A stretch of DNA of 64,000 nucleotides from a virus (IMGVR_UViG_3300018080_000112:79942-143941); one strand, 5' to 3'; counted from the stretch's first letter, positions 1-9,530 are shown. Notes: generated from the letters alone by a model not told the origin. A program made the numbers and translations.

Positions 1-411
1 CGGGTGTACATGGAAACAGTAATCGGCGGGGGCTAATCGAGGGACATCAACTCTGTGCAGTCGCCGATCTGGTACAATCTCGACACTCCCGATTGGCAAC
101 ATTCCGCCGTCTTCTTGCTTCGGATTTGTCCAGTACACAAGGAAAGAACTGGCGCAGTTCCCCATGTAGACTATGACTGCATTCAGTTCTTCTCCGAAGT
201 ATTGCCCCAATTTCAGTGACCCCTGGACCGCTTGTTGAAGGTAATGATCATCTGTGGATTGACCAGCCATAGGCTCGATTTCAGGAGCCGTTGTTTCACC
301 GTCCGCAACTACTTTGTTCCATTTTTCCTTGAACACATCTAGTTGTTCTGGTGTTAGGTCTCCTTTTACATTCAACATCCCCTTGACTGTCCCGTCCTCT
401 TTCTTTTCCAT
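1..411 (-). CDS. hypothetical protein, runs off left edge (MEKKEDGTVKGMLNVKGDLTPEQLDVFKEKW...)
   Basis: Translated by hand: ATG at 411 with GGAGAGG RBS, open to position 1; promoter motif at 471-500 just upstream. Confidence 0.75.
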   Translation of the reverse strand, partial: MEKKEDGTVKGMLNVKGDLTPEQLDVFKEKWNKVVADGETTAPEIEPMAGQSTDDHYLQQAVQGSLKLGQYFGEELNAVIVYMGNCASSFLVYWTNPKQEDGGMLPIGSVEIVPDRRLHRVDVPRLAPADYCFHVHP

Positions 412-470
412 TCTATCCTCTCCATGTTCAAAGCTATCGAAAATTGTTCTTTACGCCATAACCATGTTTA

Positions 471-500
471 TAGAGACACACCTTTTGTCAAAAGCGTACC
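471..500 (-). promoter_or_regulatory. phage-specific promoter GGT-N17-TGTGTCTCTA (copy 1)
   Basis: Minus strand GGT ACGCTTTTGACAAAAGG TGTGTCTCTA, upstream of the ATG at 411. Confidence 0.75.
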
Positions 501-520
501 GTTTCACAATAAAAAAGTTT

Positions 521-711
521 TCAAGGTTGTTGACTAGGGGTGGTTCAAGACTGTTGACTAGTGTGACTTACAAGGTCAAGGCTATTGACCGAGTCAGAAT
601 CTAAGTTCAAGGCTGTTGATATCGGTCGGATACGGTTTCAAGGCTGTTGATATCGAGCCGCATACAGGTCAAGACTGTTAACAAAATGCGGATTGGGTTC
701 GTAGCTGTTGA
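521..711. repeat. array of 7 TCAAGRCTGTTGA-like boxes (TCAA-N5-TTGA), mostly 31-bp period
   Basis: Copies start at 521, 545, 576, 607, 638, 669 and 699 (last degenerate). Confidence 0.85.
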
Positions 712-726
712 CCTTCTCGAAAAGAG

Positions 727-1212
727 TCACGGTTTCGCCATTATCTTTTTGATCTTACGCATAAGGACAGGTGTCTTCATGCGCATGGGGCGTCTCTTCC
801 GGGCTGGTGGAAAAGGCATGTTTTTGACTACCTTGTTTGCGAATCGTTTATCCGGTAGACCTGCGGCGGATTTGTTTGCTTCAGCAAAGAGGCGAAACAA
901 CCGCATTGTCTTCTCTTCAGAACTGACCTTGTGGTACTTTTCAATAAGAGATTTTATCTTGTCGTAGTTCTTTCCATAAACGCGCATCCCCAACAAATCA
1001 ACCTTTTGGTCAATGGCAATCATCTGGTTCTGTTGTGACCGCAACAAACGGAATGCTGCAACTGACATTTTGTGTTGCTTCTTCATGTTGTCAGAGACTA
1101 CTTTCACGTAATATCCGACCATTGTGACAACCAGGAAACCGATAATACTGAAAGCTGTTGTTGCCCAAAACTTCCAGGACGGACCTCGTTTTGTGGTCTC
1201 TTCATCGCTCAT
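727..1212 (-). CDS. membrane-anchored hypothetical protein (single N-terminal TM helix, basic C-terminus)
   Basis: Hydrophobic stretch FWATTAFSIIGFLVVTMVGYYV; AGGAG RBS. Confidence 0.65.
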   Translation of the reverse strand: MSDEETTKRGPSWKFWATTAFSIIGFLVVTMVGYYVKVVSDNMKKQHKMSVAAFRLLRSQQNQMIAIDQKVDLLGMRVYGKNYDKIKSLIEKYHKVSSEEKTMRLFRLFAEANKSAAGLPDKRFANKVVKNMPFPPARKRRPMRMKTPVLMRKIKKIMAKP

Positions 1213-1224
1213 CTTGTTCTCCTT

Positions 1225-1268
1225 TCAAGGCTATTAATATAATACGCATCACATTTCAAAACTGTTGA
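1225..1268. repeat. two TCAA-N5-TT(G/A)A boxes 31 bp apart
   Basis: TCAAGGCTATTAA at 1225 and TCAAAACTGTTGA at 1256. Confidence 0.7.
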
Positions 1269-1283
1269 CTGGATCGCCTAAAG

Positions 1284-2651
1284 TTACCCGATAAAGAACT
1301 TGATCAACGATTCTACATTGACGCCGAACTGATTGCCAAGGGACTGCGCCAGCCGGAACACGACACCCTTTCCGATTCCTTTGCCGACCGCCGCCGCCAA
1401 CTTTATCGCGATCTGCATCTTGCTCATGCCATGCAGAACAGGCATCACTTCAGTTTGTTCCAGCGCCTCCATCTCTTCCATGACCTCTGGGGTCTGTTCC
1501 TTGTTCTCAAGCTCGTCAAGGCGCTTCAAGACCTGTTCAAAGCTCATGTTAAGCGTGGCGGTCTGTTGCGCGTTCTCGGCAAGCTCTTGTTGAAGCGCTT
1601 CGTTCTCCGCCTTCATGCGCCGAAGTTGTTCCTCTTGTTCCTCTCTCTCCTTCTCCTTCTTTGCCTGTTCTTGCTCCTCCTGGTAGTTTTGCAGAACATG
1701 AAGATACTCTGATAACGGTATCCGCGACAACTTACGATAGTCGATTTCTTCCAGCGGATAATTTAAGTTGTCTGGACTCACTTCATCCACAAGGTCAACC
1801 GAAGGGGGAATATCAGCGCAAACCTTCCAGTCTACACGAACAATGACCGCACCCGGCTCCTGGTCTTGTAAGACAACGCCGTACCAGTCCGGGAAATGAA
1901 GCGGCGAATAAACGGGATCTCCAACCTTGAAATCCTCATTTTTCACCTTGTTGTGTTCTTCTAAGAGAGACAAATACTCTGTTAAGGGGACACGTTCAAG
2001 CTGGTTCGAATCAATGTATATAAGCGGATATGCTGCAGACTCGATAATTTTCCAATCCACGTTCACAAAGGTGTCATATTCGGCTTGATCGTCCTGTATA
2101 ACGCCGTAACTTCCGGGATAGTAGTTGGGAGAACAAACAGGATCTCCCTTTTTGTAGGGGGTATTCTCTGGCGTGCCGTTCTTCTGCATCGCGATAACAA
2201 ATTCGTGAAGCGGCGCTCTTTCCAGGTTATAAGTTTGTTCGCAATCCGAAGGGTAATAAAGAGGATCTTTTGCACACCAGTCAATGGTCACATTAAACTG
2301 GTCTTGCATCATCGTGACCACACCCATGCTGGTTCCGTAGGATGTGAACTTATGGCGGACCACGTCACCGACAGAGAGGTTTTGACCTTCTGTCTTTTCA
2401 TACCTCTCTTGTTCCTTTTGCTGTTCTAGTCGCTCTTGTTGCTGTTCCAGGTCTCGGATCTTCAAGAGCACTTCATCAGAGACCACATCTTTCAGCGCGT
2501 TTAGTTGCGCCACGACTTCCGCCGTTTTGTCTACTGATCCGGTCACCTCGTGTTTTTGGCTATCAGAAGCAACCAAGTCTACGTATTCTTGTCCTGTTAG
2601 GTGTCCATCTTTGTCATATGTGTATGCTTTTGTTGTTGCCATGTTCTTCAT
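1284..2651 (-). CDS. protein with three tandem SH3/KOW-like beta-barrel repeats and a C-terminal coiled coil
   Basis: Three repeats of (V/K)GDxV...GV(V/I)...V.(I/V)DW...L.R.PL; E/Q-rich coiled coil. Confidence 0.7.
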   Translation of the reverse strand: MKNMATTKAYTYDKDGHLTGQEYVDLVASDSQKHEVTGSVDKTAEVVAQLNALKDVVSDEVLLKIRDLEQQQERLEQQKEQERYEKTEGQNLSVGDVVRHKFTSYGTSMGVVTMMQDQFNVTIDWCAKDPLYYPSDCEQTYNLERAPLHEFVIAMQKNGTPENTPYKKGDPVCSPNYYPGSYGVIQDDQAEYDTFVNVDWKIIESAAYPLIYIDSNQLERVPLTEYLSLLEEHNKVKNEDFKVGDPVYSPLHFPDWYGVVLQDQEPGAVIVRVDWKVCADIPPSVDLVDEVSPDNLNYPLEEIDYRKLSRIPLSEYLHVLQNYQEEQEQAKKEKEREEQEEQLRRMKAENEALQQELAENAQQTATLNMSFEQVLKRLDELENKEQTPEVMEEMEALEQTEVMPVLHGMSKMQIAIKLAAAVGKGIGKGVVFRLAQSLGNQFGVNVESLIKFFIG

Positions 2652-2711
2652 CTCCCCTGATGAATAAAACCGGTCAATATTGTAACGGCGCTCCTCTTGT
2701 GCGCCTTTTAA

Positions 2712-2987
2712 TCAGTCAACACCATCTCTGACCTTGTTCGCCTCAAGGAACGCCTTCACGTCTTCCGGATTGGCTCTGGCGCGGTCTCGCATGGTCTCGA
2801 ACTCATGATCTGTCATAAGCAACACTTCTTCTTCCCCGGTGCTGGTGTCTTTGATCGCCTTTCCATCATGTTCTACTTGCACCACGAGATAGTTCTGATC
2901 GGACCCAAAACGGCGCTCTTTGTTATCGATACGCATCACACGACCCAAAAGACCCAACGACTGACCCATAAAATTCCAAAAACCCAT
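2712..2987 (-). CDS. hypothetical protein
   Basis: 91-aa ORF in the co-directional block. Confidence 0.6.
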   Translation of the reverse strand: MGFWNFMGQSLGLLGRVMRIDNKERRFGSDQNYLVVQVEHDGKAIKDTSTGEEEVLLMTDHEFETMRDRARANPEDVKAFLEANKVRDGVD

Positions 2988-3013
2988 TGTCTTGATCCTT
3001 TCGGCTGTTCAGG

Positions 3014-3220
3014 TTATTTTTGTTCCTTTTCCATGGTGATTCTTGCAGATCGTTTGTTCTCTCCAGGAACAACTTCGCGAATTGTGCGCTCCACTTCCTT
3101 CTCCTGGATGTAATTCAAGCCACACCCAAGCTCGATACCGACCACACTGAAAAAATCCTTCAGGTCTTCACGAGAAGAACCGTCCGGAACATCGATCTCA
3201 CCGTATATTCTGACCTTCAT
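3014..3220 (-). CDS. hypothetical protein
   Basis: 68-aa ORF with AAGGAG RBS. Confidence 0.6.
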   Translation of the reverse strand: MKVRIYGEIDVPDGSSREDLKDFFSVVGIELGCGLNYIQEKEVERTIREVVPGENKRSARITMEKEQK

Positions 3221-3239
3221 AACAACTCCTTTTGTTGTT

Positions 3240-3285
3240 TCAAGACTGTTAACTGATGCTCGTTTCTGGGGTGCAAGGCTGTTGA
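3240..3285. repeat. two TCAA-N5-TTGA-like boxes 33 bp apart
   Basis: TCAAGACTGTTAA at 3240 and GCAAGGCTGTTGA at 3273. Confidence 0.65.
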
Positions 3286-3314
3286 AGATTGTTGTCTCCT
3301 GACACCCGGAAAAG

Positions 3315-3327
3315 GTTAGGACCTAAC
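3315..3327. repeat. 13-bp palindrome GTTAGGACCTAAC (copy 1)
   Basis: Exact match, intergenic. Confidence 0.9.
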
Positions 3328-3366
3328 TATCAGCACGCGAGCATGAAAACAAACAGCGTTACCTAT

Positions 3367-3396
3367 TAGAGACACATTTTTATCCGAAAACGAACC
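3367..3396 (-). promoter_or_regulatory. phage-specific promoter (copy 2)
   Basis: GGT TCGTTTTCGGATAAAAA TGTGTCTCTA. Confidence 0.75.
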
Positions 3397-3528
3397 GTTT
3401 TCCAGTGAAATAAAACCACCTTTTGACAACTACGACCTGAAACCCCAACAAAATCAAGGAAAAAGGTCCGCTCACAAAAGAGTAACCAGAAGCACCCCAT
3501 AAAAAGCACCAAGAAATCAAACACAAAT

Positions 3529-3558
3529 GGTTGCATTTCTACATTTTTCTTGTCTCTA
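3529..3558 (+). promoter_or_regulatory. phage-specific promoter (copy 3, plus strand, upstream of nrdJ)
   Basis: GGT TGCATTTCTACATTTTT CTTGTCTCTA; the only plus-strand copy, and it precedes the only plus-strand core gene. Confidence 0.7.
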
Positions 3559-3706
3559 TTAAAGAAAGCATCTAAAATGTAAGACCACCTCGCACAGTGG
3601 GCGGTAGCGTCTACCGAACAGACGACAGACCGAATACAGACCGATGATAGGGGATACAAGATAGGACAGTTTTTTTCGCCTCAAAACCATAGGAGAAGAA
3701 CGTTCA

Positions 3707-5587
3707 ATGACAACACACACCAACCTTTCAACCCAAACCATGGCGCGGCTCATCCATCACATGAAGTACGCCAAATACCTACCAGACCAGCAAAGAAGGG
3801 AAGAGTACAAAGAAACCGTTAGCCGGAACTTGATGATGCATGTCAAGAAATTTCCCCGGCTCGCACAAGAGATCTCAGAGGCTTACAAGTACGTTTTTGA
3901 CCGAAAAGTACTCCCCGCGATGCGATCAATGCAGTTTGCAGGGGAAGCAATCGAGCGCAACAACTGCAGGCTGTACAACTGTTCTTTTACCCACATCGAC
4001 CATCCAGACGTGTTTCAAGAGATTATGTTCCTCTTGTTGTCTGGTTGCGGCGTTGGGTACAGCGTGCAACAACAACACGTGGCGAAGCTTCCAAAGATAC
4101 AAAAGCCAGACGAACCCTTCACGTACAAAGTACCTGATTCAATCGAGGGATGGTCCCTTGCTGTGGGGAAGTTGATCGATGCTTTTTTGCGGGGTAAGCG
4201 CTTTCCAATCTTCGATTTTAGCGGAGTCAGACCAGCCGGATCACCAATCGTTACCAGCGGGGGGATCGCGCCTGGTCCTGGTCCTTTAAGCACTGCGCTT
4301 GTTGAGATACAGAACATACTGGTGAACAAGGCTCCTGGTTCGAAATTATCAACACTGGAGTGTCACGACATTCTTTGTCACCTTGCGCACGCCGTTCTCT
4401 CTGGCGGTGTCCGTCGTTCCTCTTATATCGCCCTTTTCAGCATTGACGACAAAGAGATGTTGGAGTGTAAGAGCGGCGAATGGTGGAAAGACAACCTCCA
4501 GCGCTCGCTTGCAAACAACTCCGCCGTGGTCTTGCGCAGTGAACTCCACGACCGAAGAGATCAAGTCAATGCAATCTGGGATCTCTTGGAAAACTCCCTA
4601 AGCGGCGAACCGAACATTTTCTTGACGAATGATCTTGATTGGGGTTGCAACCCTTGTGGTGAAATTGGCGGACCTAGCAACTTCTTTTGCAACCTGGATG
4701 AGATCAACGCGAGCAACGTCAAGAACCAGACAGACCTCGACCAGCGAGCGCTGATTGCTTCAAGGCTGGCGACCATTCAAGGCACATACACAGACTTCCC
4801 CTTCCTTCGCCCCATCTGGAAAGAAAGAGCCGAGCAAGCGGGTCTTATTGGCGTGGGAATGACCGGTATTTCTCGCGGGAACATTTTGGGTCTCAACCTC
4901 AAACGCGCCGCAAAAATTGTGCTGGCTGAAAATAAGCGTCTGGCGAAGCTTCTCGGCATTACAAAAGCGGAACGGTCCACAACCATTAAGCCATCTGGAA
5001 CGTCCTCTCTTGCCCTCTCAAATGGTCTTGTCGTGTCTTCTGGCATCCACCCCTACCACAGTCCCTTCTGGAAACGACGGATCACCGTCACACACACCGA
5101 ACCAGTCTACCAATATTTGATGAATGAACACCCCTGGCTTGTTGAGCCGTCCGCGTATCGACCAGAGAGGGAATCTGTGATTACTCTCCCGCAAGCCGCG
5201 CCAGATGGTGCAATCATGCGTGATGAGGGAGCCATGGCTCTTTTAGAGCGCGTCAAGTACTTCTATGACAACTGGATCTCCCCCGGTCACGTCACCGGAA
5301 AGAACACAAACAACATAAGCTGTACCGTATCTGTCAAAAAACATGAATGGCAAATGGTTCGGGATTGGTGGTGGAACAACACAGACTCTTTTGTGTCTCT
5401 CACCTTCATGAACTATGACGGCGGTGTCTACAAGCAAATGCCAATGGAAGAATGCAGCGAGAAAGAGTACAAGCGACTCGTCAAACAACTCCGACCCATG
5501 GATTTAAGAAGTGTGGTAGAGGAAAAGGATACAACGACAAGATCTCAAACTGTGGCTTGTGCTGGCGGTGCTTGCGAGCTAGTCTAA
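3707..5587 (+). CDS. nrdJ: class II (adenosylcobalamin-dependent) ribonucleotide reductase, monomeric RTPR type
   Basis: YNC, GGVRRS, NPCGEI thiyl-radical motif, TTIKPSGTSS, C-terminal CAGGAC redox pair; AGGAG RBS. Confidence 0.93.
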   Translation: MTTHTNLSTQTMARLIHHMKYAKYLPDQQRREEYKETVSRNLMMHVKKFPRLAQEISEAYKYVFDRKVLPAMRSMQFAGEAIERNNCRLYNCSFTHIDHPDVFQEIMFLLLSGCGVGYSVQQQHVAKLPKIQKPDEPFTYKVPDSIEGWSLAVGKLIDAFLRGKRFPIFDFSGVRPAGSPIVTSGGIAPGPGPLSTALVEIQNILVNKAPGSKLSTLECHDILCHLAHAVLSGGVRRSSYIALFSIDDKEMLECKSGEWWKDNLQRSLANNSAVVLRSELHDRRDQVNAIWDLLENSLSGEPNIFLTNDLDWGCNPCGEIGGPSNFFCNLDEINASNVKNQTDLDQRALIASRLATIQGTYTDFPFLRPIWKERAEQAGLIGVGMTGISRGNILGLNLKRAAKIVLAENKRLAKLLGITKAERSTTIKPSGTSSLALSNGLVVSSGIHPYHSPFWKRRITVTHTEPVYQYLMNEHPWLVEPSAYRPERESVITLPQAAPDGAIMRDEGAMALLERVKYFYDNWISPGHVTGKNTNNISCTVSVKKHEWQMVRDWWWNNTDSFVSLTFMNYDGGVYKQMPMEECSEKEYKRLVKQLRPMDLRSVVEEKDTTTRSQTVACAGGACELV

Positions 5588-8500
5588 CCCTTCTTACTTC
5601 CGAATCTCCCCTTCATATACTCTTCATACGGAACAGAACCAACTTGCTCTTCTATCTCTTGTCTCTTTGCTGATTCTATCGCCGCCTTGTGGGATGCCTT
5701 TGACCGCTCCACCGGACTCATAGACTCTTCCGCCGCAATCTGTTCTCTCCTCTTTGCCTGATACTCTTCGACCTCTTTTTGTGTAATATCAGAGAGACTC
5801 TTCAACGTGATACCAGTCGATACACTAGCGGGAATCCCAATACCTGTTCCGCTCAAAATAGCGCTCAAACCTGATAGGAATCCCTCTATATCACCTGTCC
5901 ACGTCGTTTTCCCCCGCAGTGGTGAGAGAATACCATCCAGGAAAACACGCAAACGAGAGGTTGGCTCAAGATCCGCACTCGGTAGCCGTTCCCTCACTTT
6001 CGTCATGATCTGTTCGTAAATGTCTGGCTCTTCCTCTGGCTCTTCCCGTTCAGAGAAACCTTCTCCCTTCGTTGTCTCTGTCGGTGGTGGAAACGTACCT
6101 TCTGAGACAAACGCGCCACCCGCTGCGCTGAGTTCTTGACTGGCTGTAGAAAACGGCACTTCTTCTTTCACCATGCTTGTGCTCGTTCGCTCTACTTGTA
6201 TCCGACAATCAATCCCAAATTCACTCATAAACATTCGAGGTAGCTCACCAGACACCACAAAGTGACTCACAATCTTAAAGGACCGCCTTGAATAGGTGTT
6301 CGCACAAGTAAACCCAAGGCGAAGTTTCTGGGGTGCTACTTCCTCAACAATAGCGTATGTAAGAGCGTTCCCAAGCTGTTCATTTCTGATCTGAACACGA
6401 GAAACAATGTTGCTCCAGTCATAACCCCACATCGTTGCTGTTTGACTCTCCAGATGAACCCACGTCGGCGGTACTTGCAGCGTTGTAGGGTCCGGCTCCT
6501 CGATTGTCTCCGCCGGTACTACAACAACGGGAACAGGCTCCTTTGTACCCGTCTTTTTGATCACAGACTCCCGCAACAAAAACGCATTAGTTGAACACGC
6601 CTCCAACCGTGGTGAGTTTTCCAGTTCAGGACACGCCTGAACATCCTTGATGATATCGTCACAGATCTCCACCGTTCGCTCTTGACTCACCGCCTGGATG
6701 CACTGCGCCGCATTTAAGAGACACTCTTGCTGTTGGATGATGGTATCGTTGAGACGGTGCATTCGAGCCGCTTCAATGTAACAAGCATACGCCATCACCT
6801 GGTTACACTCGTCACGGTACTTCTTACCAAAATTCGACAGATGGATTCCCATCATAAACGGGTCAAGCTGAGCGCGTAACTGGTCTGTAATCACTTTCGC
6901 CTTTAGGTCAGACACAAGACCGGAAACGGATTGCTCTTCTCGGATATATGGTTTCTTGAGACCCCAAAGGTCATTCTCCAGCGTCTTGAGAACATCTTGA
7001 ACCACAAACGACTCCGTCTCTTGTCGTTCTCGCAACTTCTTTGTCCAGTCCTCCAGCGGTTCACTCCAGGCTTGTTCTTCCTGGTCTTGTTCAAGCTGAA
7101 TGATCCAATCCCGCAACCGCACCCGTTCCTGCAATAGGTCACGAAAACACTGCGAAACGCCCGTAAAAGCTTGCCCTATGAACACCCGCTGAAGAGAGAT
7201 GATACCAGCCCCTACAAGCTTCACCTCCATCGAATGTTCTGCACCCGATGATTTCACCGTCACAGACTGCGCCGTTACTTGTTCCAGTCCCGAGAGGATC
7301 TTTGCTGTTCTCGCTTCTGTCTTTGATAGTTTCTTTGTGTCCAGCGGCACAGCTTTCTCAGACCAGATCGGCGGGACCTCTTTCGGGATCTCTTTCGGCT
7401 CTTCTTTCTTTAGTGGTTCCTTAGCTAACTCCGCTCTGTTTCGGTCCCTTATCAGCCGCTTGAACGCCTCCAATGTTTTCGCATCTTTGGGAACATTAGA
7501 GAACAACACCCGAAAAATCTCGGTTTCATCTGGCGTCATTTCAACGTAGCCGTCTTCTGTTGGGAAAGAGACCGAGAAAGGTTTTGGCTCCTCCACTACA
7601 GGACTCGCTTCGAAGGGGATCTTCCCCACTCCGCCGCATGTCTTACATTGTTCCTCGCCAAACAAAGAATAACCTCTCCCTTGACAGTCGTGACAAGGAA
7701 CCAGCGGCTCTTCTTTGACTGGTTCTCTTTCCTTCCAGCCCTCGCCATCACAAGAGTTACAATCGATCCCCATATCATCTGTACCGACTCCGTCACACCA
7801 GGAACAAAGCACGACGTTTGGTTTTGTAGGTATGACACCATAGCCGCGACACCGCGAACATGTGATGTGTACGCCTACTTCGGTTGTTTCCCCGTTACCC
7901 GCGCAAATAGGACACTCTTTGGTCAACCCTTCTTCTGGTTCTTCTTCCACGTAATGCCAGCCCATTCCGTCACAATCTGGGCACTTATAAGGACTCCCCG
8001 CATAACTTGTTTCACCCGTCCCCTTGCACCGAACACACCACTCTGTTTCTCTTTTTGTTATCTCTGGCTCTTCTTTTGCTGCAAAAGGAGAGAAGACAGT
8101 TCCTTCTCCCTGGCAAGAAGGACAAACACCAGTAACAGCGCCGCGCTTCTCCACGACTCTACCAAACCCTTGGCAGTACTCGCACTCTTCCACATACCAC
8201 CACCCCAAACCGCCACATGTTGAACACTCTTCTGTGTATGTTTTTGCGCTCTGTACGTGACCAATCCCATCACAATCAGGACACTCTTTCTTCCGCTTTC
8301 CGTACTTCTCTGCATCCACAGAGCCAGTTCCCAAGCAACCATTACAATCAATCTCGTGACCAGAGACGGACAAAACACCCGTACCACCACAATCTGGACA
8401 ATCCTTCTGTGCTTTCTTCTCTGGTTCTCTCGCCTTTACCTTTTTGGGGTACTTCACTTCCTTGGTGCGCGTCCCTTTCCCCAAACACGGGACACAAAAG

Positions 8501-8601
8501 AGCGAACTATCATGCGCCGCTCTTCCAGTCCCTTTACAAGCGGAACACTCCACGGATTCAAAAACAGGCTGTTTTCTCTTTTCTATTCCTTTCCACGCCA
8601 T
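5584..8601 (-). CDS. 1005-aa protein with 16 DnaJ-type CxxCxGxG zinc-finger repeats, helical mid region and possible DnaX-C/DnaA-N-like domain
   Basis: 16 CxxCxGxG motifs counted in the first ~330 aa; stop overlaps the nrdJ stop (CTAA). Confidence 0.75.
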   Translation of the reverse strand: MAWKGIEKRKQPVFESVECSACKGTGRAAHDSSLFCVPCLGKGTRTKEVKYPKKVKAREPEKKAQKDCPDCGGTGVLSVSGHEIDCNGCLGTGSVDAEKYGKRKKECPDCDGIGHVQSAKTYTEECSTCGGLGWWYVEECEYCQGFGRVVEKRGAVTGVCPSCQGEGTVFSPFAAKEEPEITKRETEWCVRCKGTGETSYAGSPYKCPDCDGMGWHYVEEEPEEGLTKECPICAGNGETTEVGVHITCSRCRGYGVIPTKPNVVLCSWCDGVGTDDMGIDCNSCDGEGWKEREPVKEEPLVPCHDCQGRGYSLFGEEQCKTCGGVGKIPFEASPVVEEPKPFSVSFPTEDGYVEMTPDETEIFRVLFSNVPKDAKTLEAFKRLIRDRNRAELAKEPLKKEEPKEIPKEVPPIWSEKAVPLDTKKLSKTEARTAKILSGLEQVTAQSVTVKSSGAEHSMEVKLVGAGIISLQRVFIGQAFTGVSQCFRDLLQERVRLRDWIIQLEQDQEEQAWSEPLEDWTKKLRERQETESFVVQDVLKTLENDLWGLKKPYIREEQSVSGLVSDLKAKVITDQLRAQLDPFMMGIHLSNFGKKYRDECNQVMAYACYIEAARMHRLNDTIIQQQECLLNAAQCIQAVSQERTVEICDDIIKDVQACPELENSPRLEACSTNAFLLRESVIKKTGTKEPVPVVVVPAETIEEPDPTTLQVPPTWVHLESQTATMWGYDWSNIVSRVQIRNEQLGNALTYAIVEEVAPQKLRLGFTCANTYSRRSFKIVSHFVVSGELPRMFMSEFGIDCRIQVERTSTSMVKEEVPFSTASQELSAAGGAFVSEGTFPPPTETTKGEGFSEREEPEEEPDIYEQIMTKVRERLPSADLEPTSRLRVFLDGILSPLRGKTTWTGDIEGFLSGLSAILSGTGIGIPASVSTGITLKSLSDITQKEVEEYQAKRREQIAAEESMSPVERSKASHKAAIESAKRQEIEEQVGSVPYEEYMKGRFGSKKG

Positions 8602-8615
8602 CTTGTTCCCCTAAT

Positions 8616-8628
8616 GTTAGGACCTAAC
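8616..8628. repeat. 13-bp palindrome (copy 2), supplies the TAG stop of the upstream gene
   Basis: GTTAGGACCTAAC. Confidence 0.9.
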
Positions 8629-9442
8629 CTTGATCAAAGGCTGTCAATTTCTCTACAAATGAGTGACCTGGTTTCTCGTCATTCAGTTCGATTTCCACTT
8701 CTTTTAGCGGCTTACCTATCAGCGGTGTCAGCTTTGTAGGGTCCGGCGGTCTCACCGGTGCCTTTTGGCGCTTCCTTCGCGGCTTACCGTTCTGTTTCGC
8801 TGCAATCATTGGCGGAGTTGGGGCTTGCCGTGGTCTTGAAGCGGTCACATCTTCTTCTTTCAGTGGTTCATTCTGGTAGCGCTTTCCAGTGGGGTCCTTT
8901 TGTTGCGCCTTGATCTCTTCGGTCAAGACCTCCAGATAATGATCCGCCGTCTCTTTTGATACCCCTAACTGTTCCGCAGACACTTCCGCCTTGAACTCTT
9001 GTGGGGGTCGTGGCTTGCCTTGTGGCTTGCCAACCGTCACTGGCACACTTTCCTCTTGCGCCGGTTGTGGTTTGCCTACAGGAGCGCTCTCGGGTGCCTT
9101 CTCGGGTGCCTCTTGTGGTTTTGTTGTGTCGTGTGGCTCAACATCTGGTTCACCTGGATTCCGCCGGTATCGACCAGAACAGTACGCCGCAAAATGCATA
9201 ATCGTGAACTGATCTGATTTGTGCAACTGGTTGAGATGGTGTTTCACATCTTCGTCTTGGCGTTCTGGATATCGGTAAAAATAGCACGCACCGAGAACAC
9301 CCAACATCCGGAACGTGAGAATTTTCTGGTCATACGCTTTGAACAGGTCACACATGGAGTATTTGATCTCCACTGTCCCTTCGTAATCTTCGCCGTCCAT
9401 TGTCTTGAAGGCAATAGCGATCTCATCTTTGTTCGGTTTCAT
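8624..9442 (-). CDS. hypothetical protein; N-terminal domain paralogous to 11305..11754, Pro/Lys-rich tail
   Basis: ATG 9442 with GAGGAG RBS; shared N-terminal pattern. Confidence 0.7.
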   Translation of the reverse strand: MKPNKDEIAIAFKTMDGEDYEGTVEIKYSMCDLFKAYDQKILTFRMLGVLGACYFYRYPERQDEDVKHHLNQLHKSDQFTIMHFAAYCSGRYRRNPGEPDVEPHDTTKPQEAPEKAPESAPVGKPQPAQEESVPVTVGKPQGKPRPPQEFKAEVSAEQLGVSKETADHYLEVLTEEIKAQQKDPTGKRYQNEPLKEEDVTASRPRQAPTPPMIAAKQNGKPRRKRQKAPVRPPDPTKLTPLIGKPLKEVEIELNDEKPGHSFVEKLTAFDQG

Positions 9443-9485
9443 CCGCCGCACTCCTCTTTTGTGTCATTGTGAAACGGTCTACTAA

Positions 9486-9515
9486 TAGAGTCACACTTTG
9501 AAGGGAAACGTAACC
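9486..9515 (-). promoter_or_regulatory. phage-specific promoter (copy 4)
   Basis: GGT TACGTTTCCCTTCAAAG TGTGACTCTA. Confidence 0.7.
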
Positions 9516-9530
9516 GGTAGAAGGAAGAAA

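Noticed and set aside
521-711. CRISPR array
   Set aside because: Repeats are only 13 bp and degenerate, spacers are 11-18 bp with two related to each other, the same box recurs at other promoters, and there are no cas genes in the window.
5584-8601. dnaJ
   Set aside because: No J-domain/HPD or DnaJ C-terminal domain; only the zinc-finger repeats.
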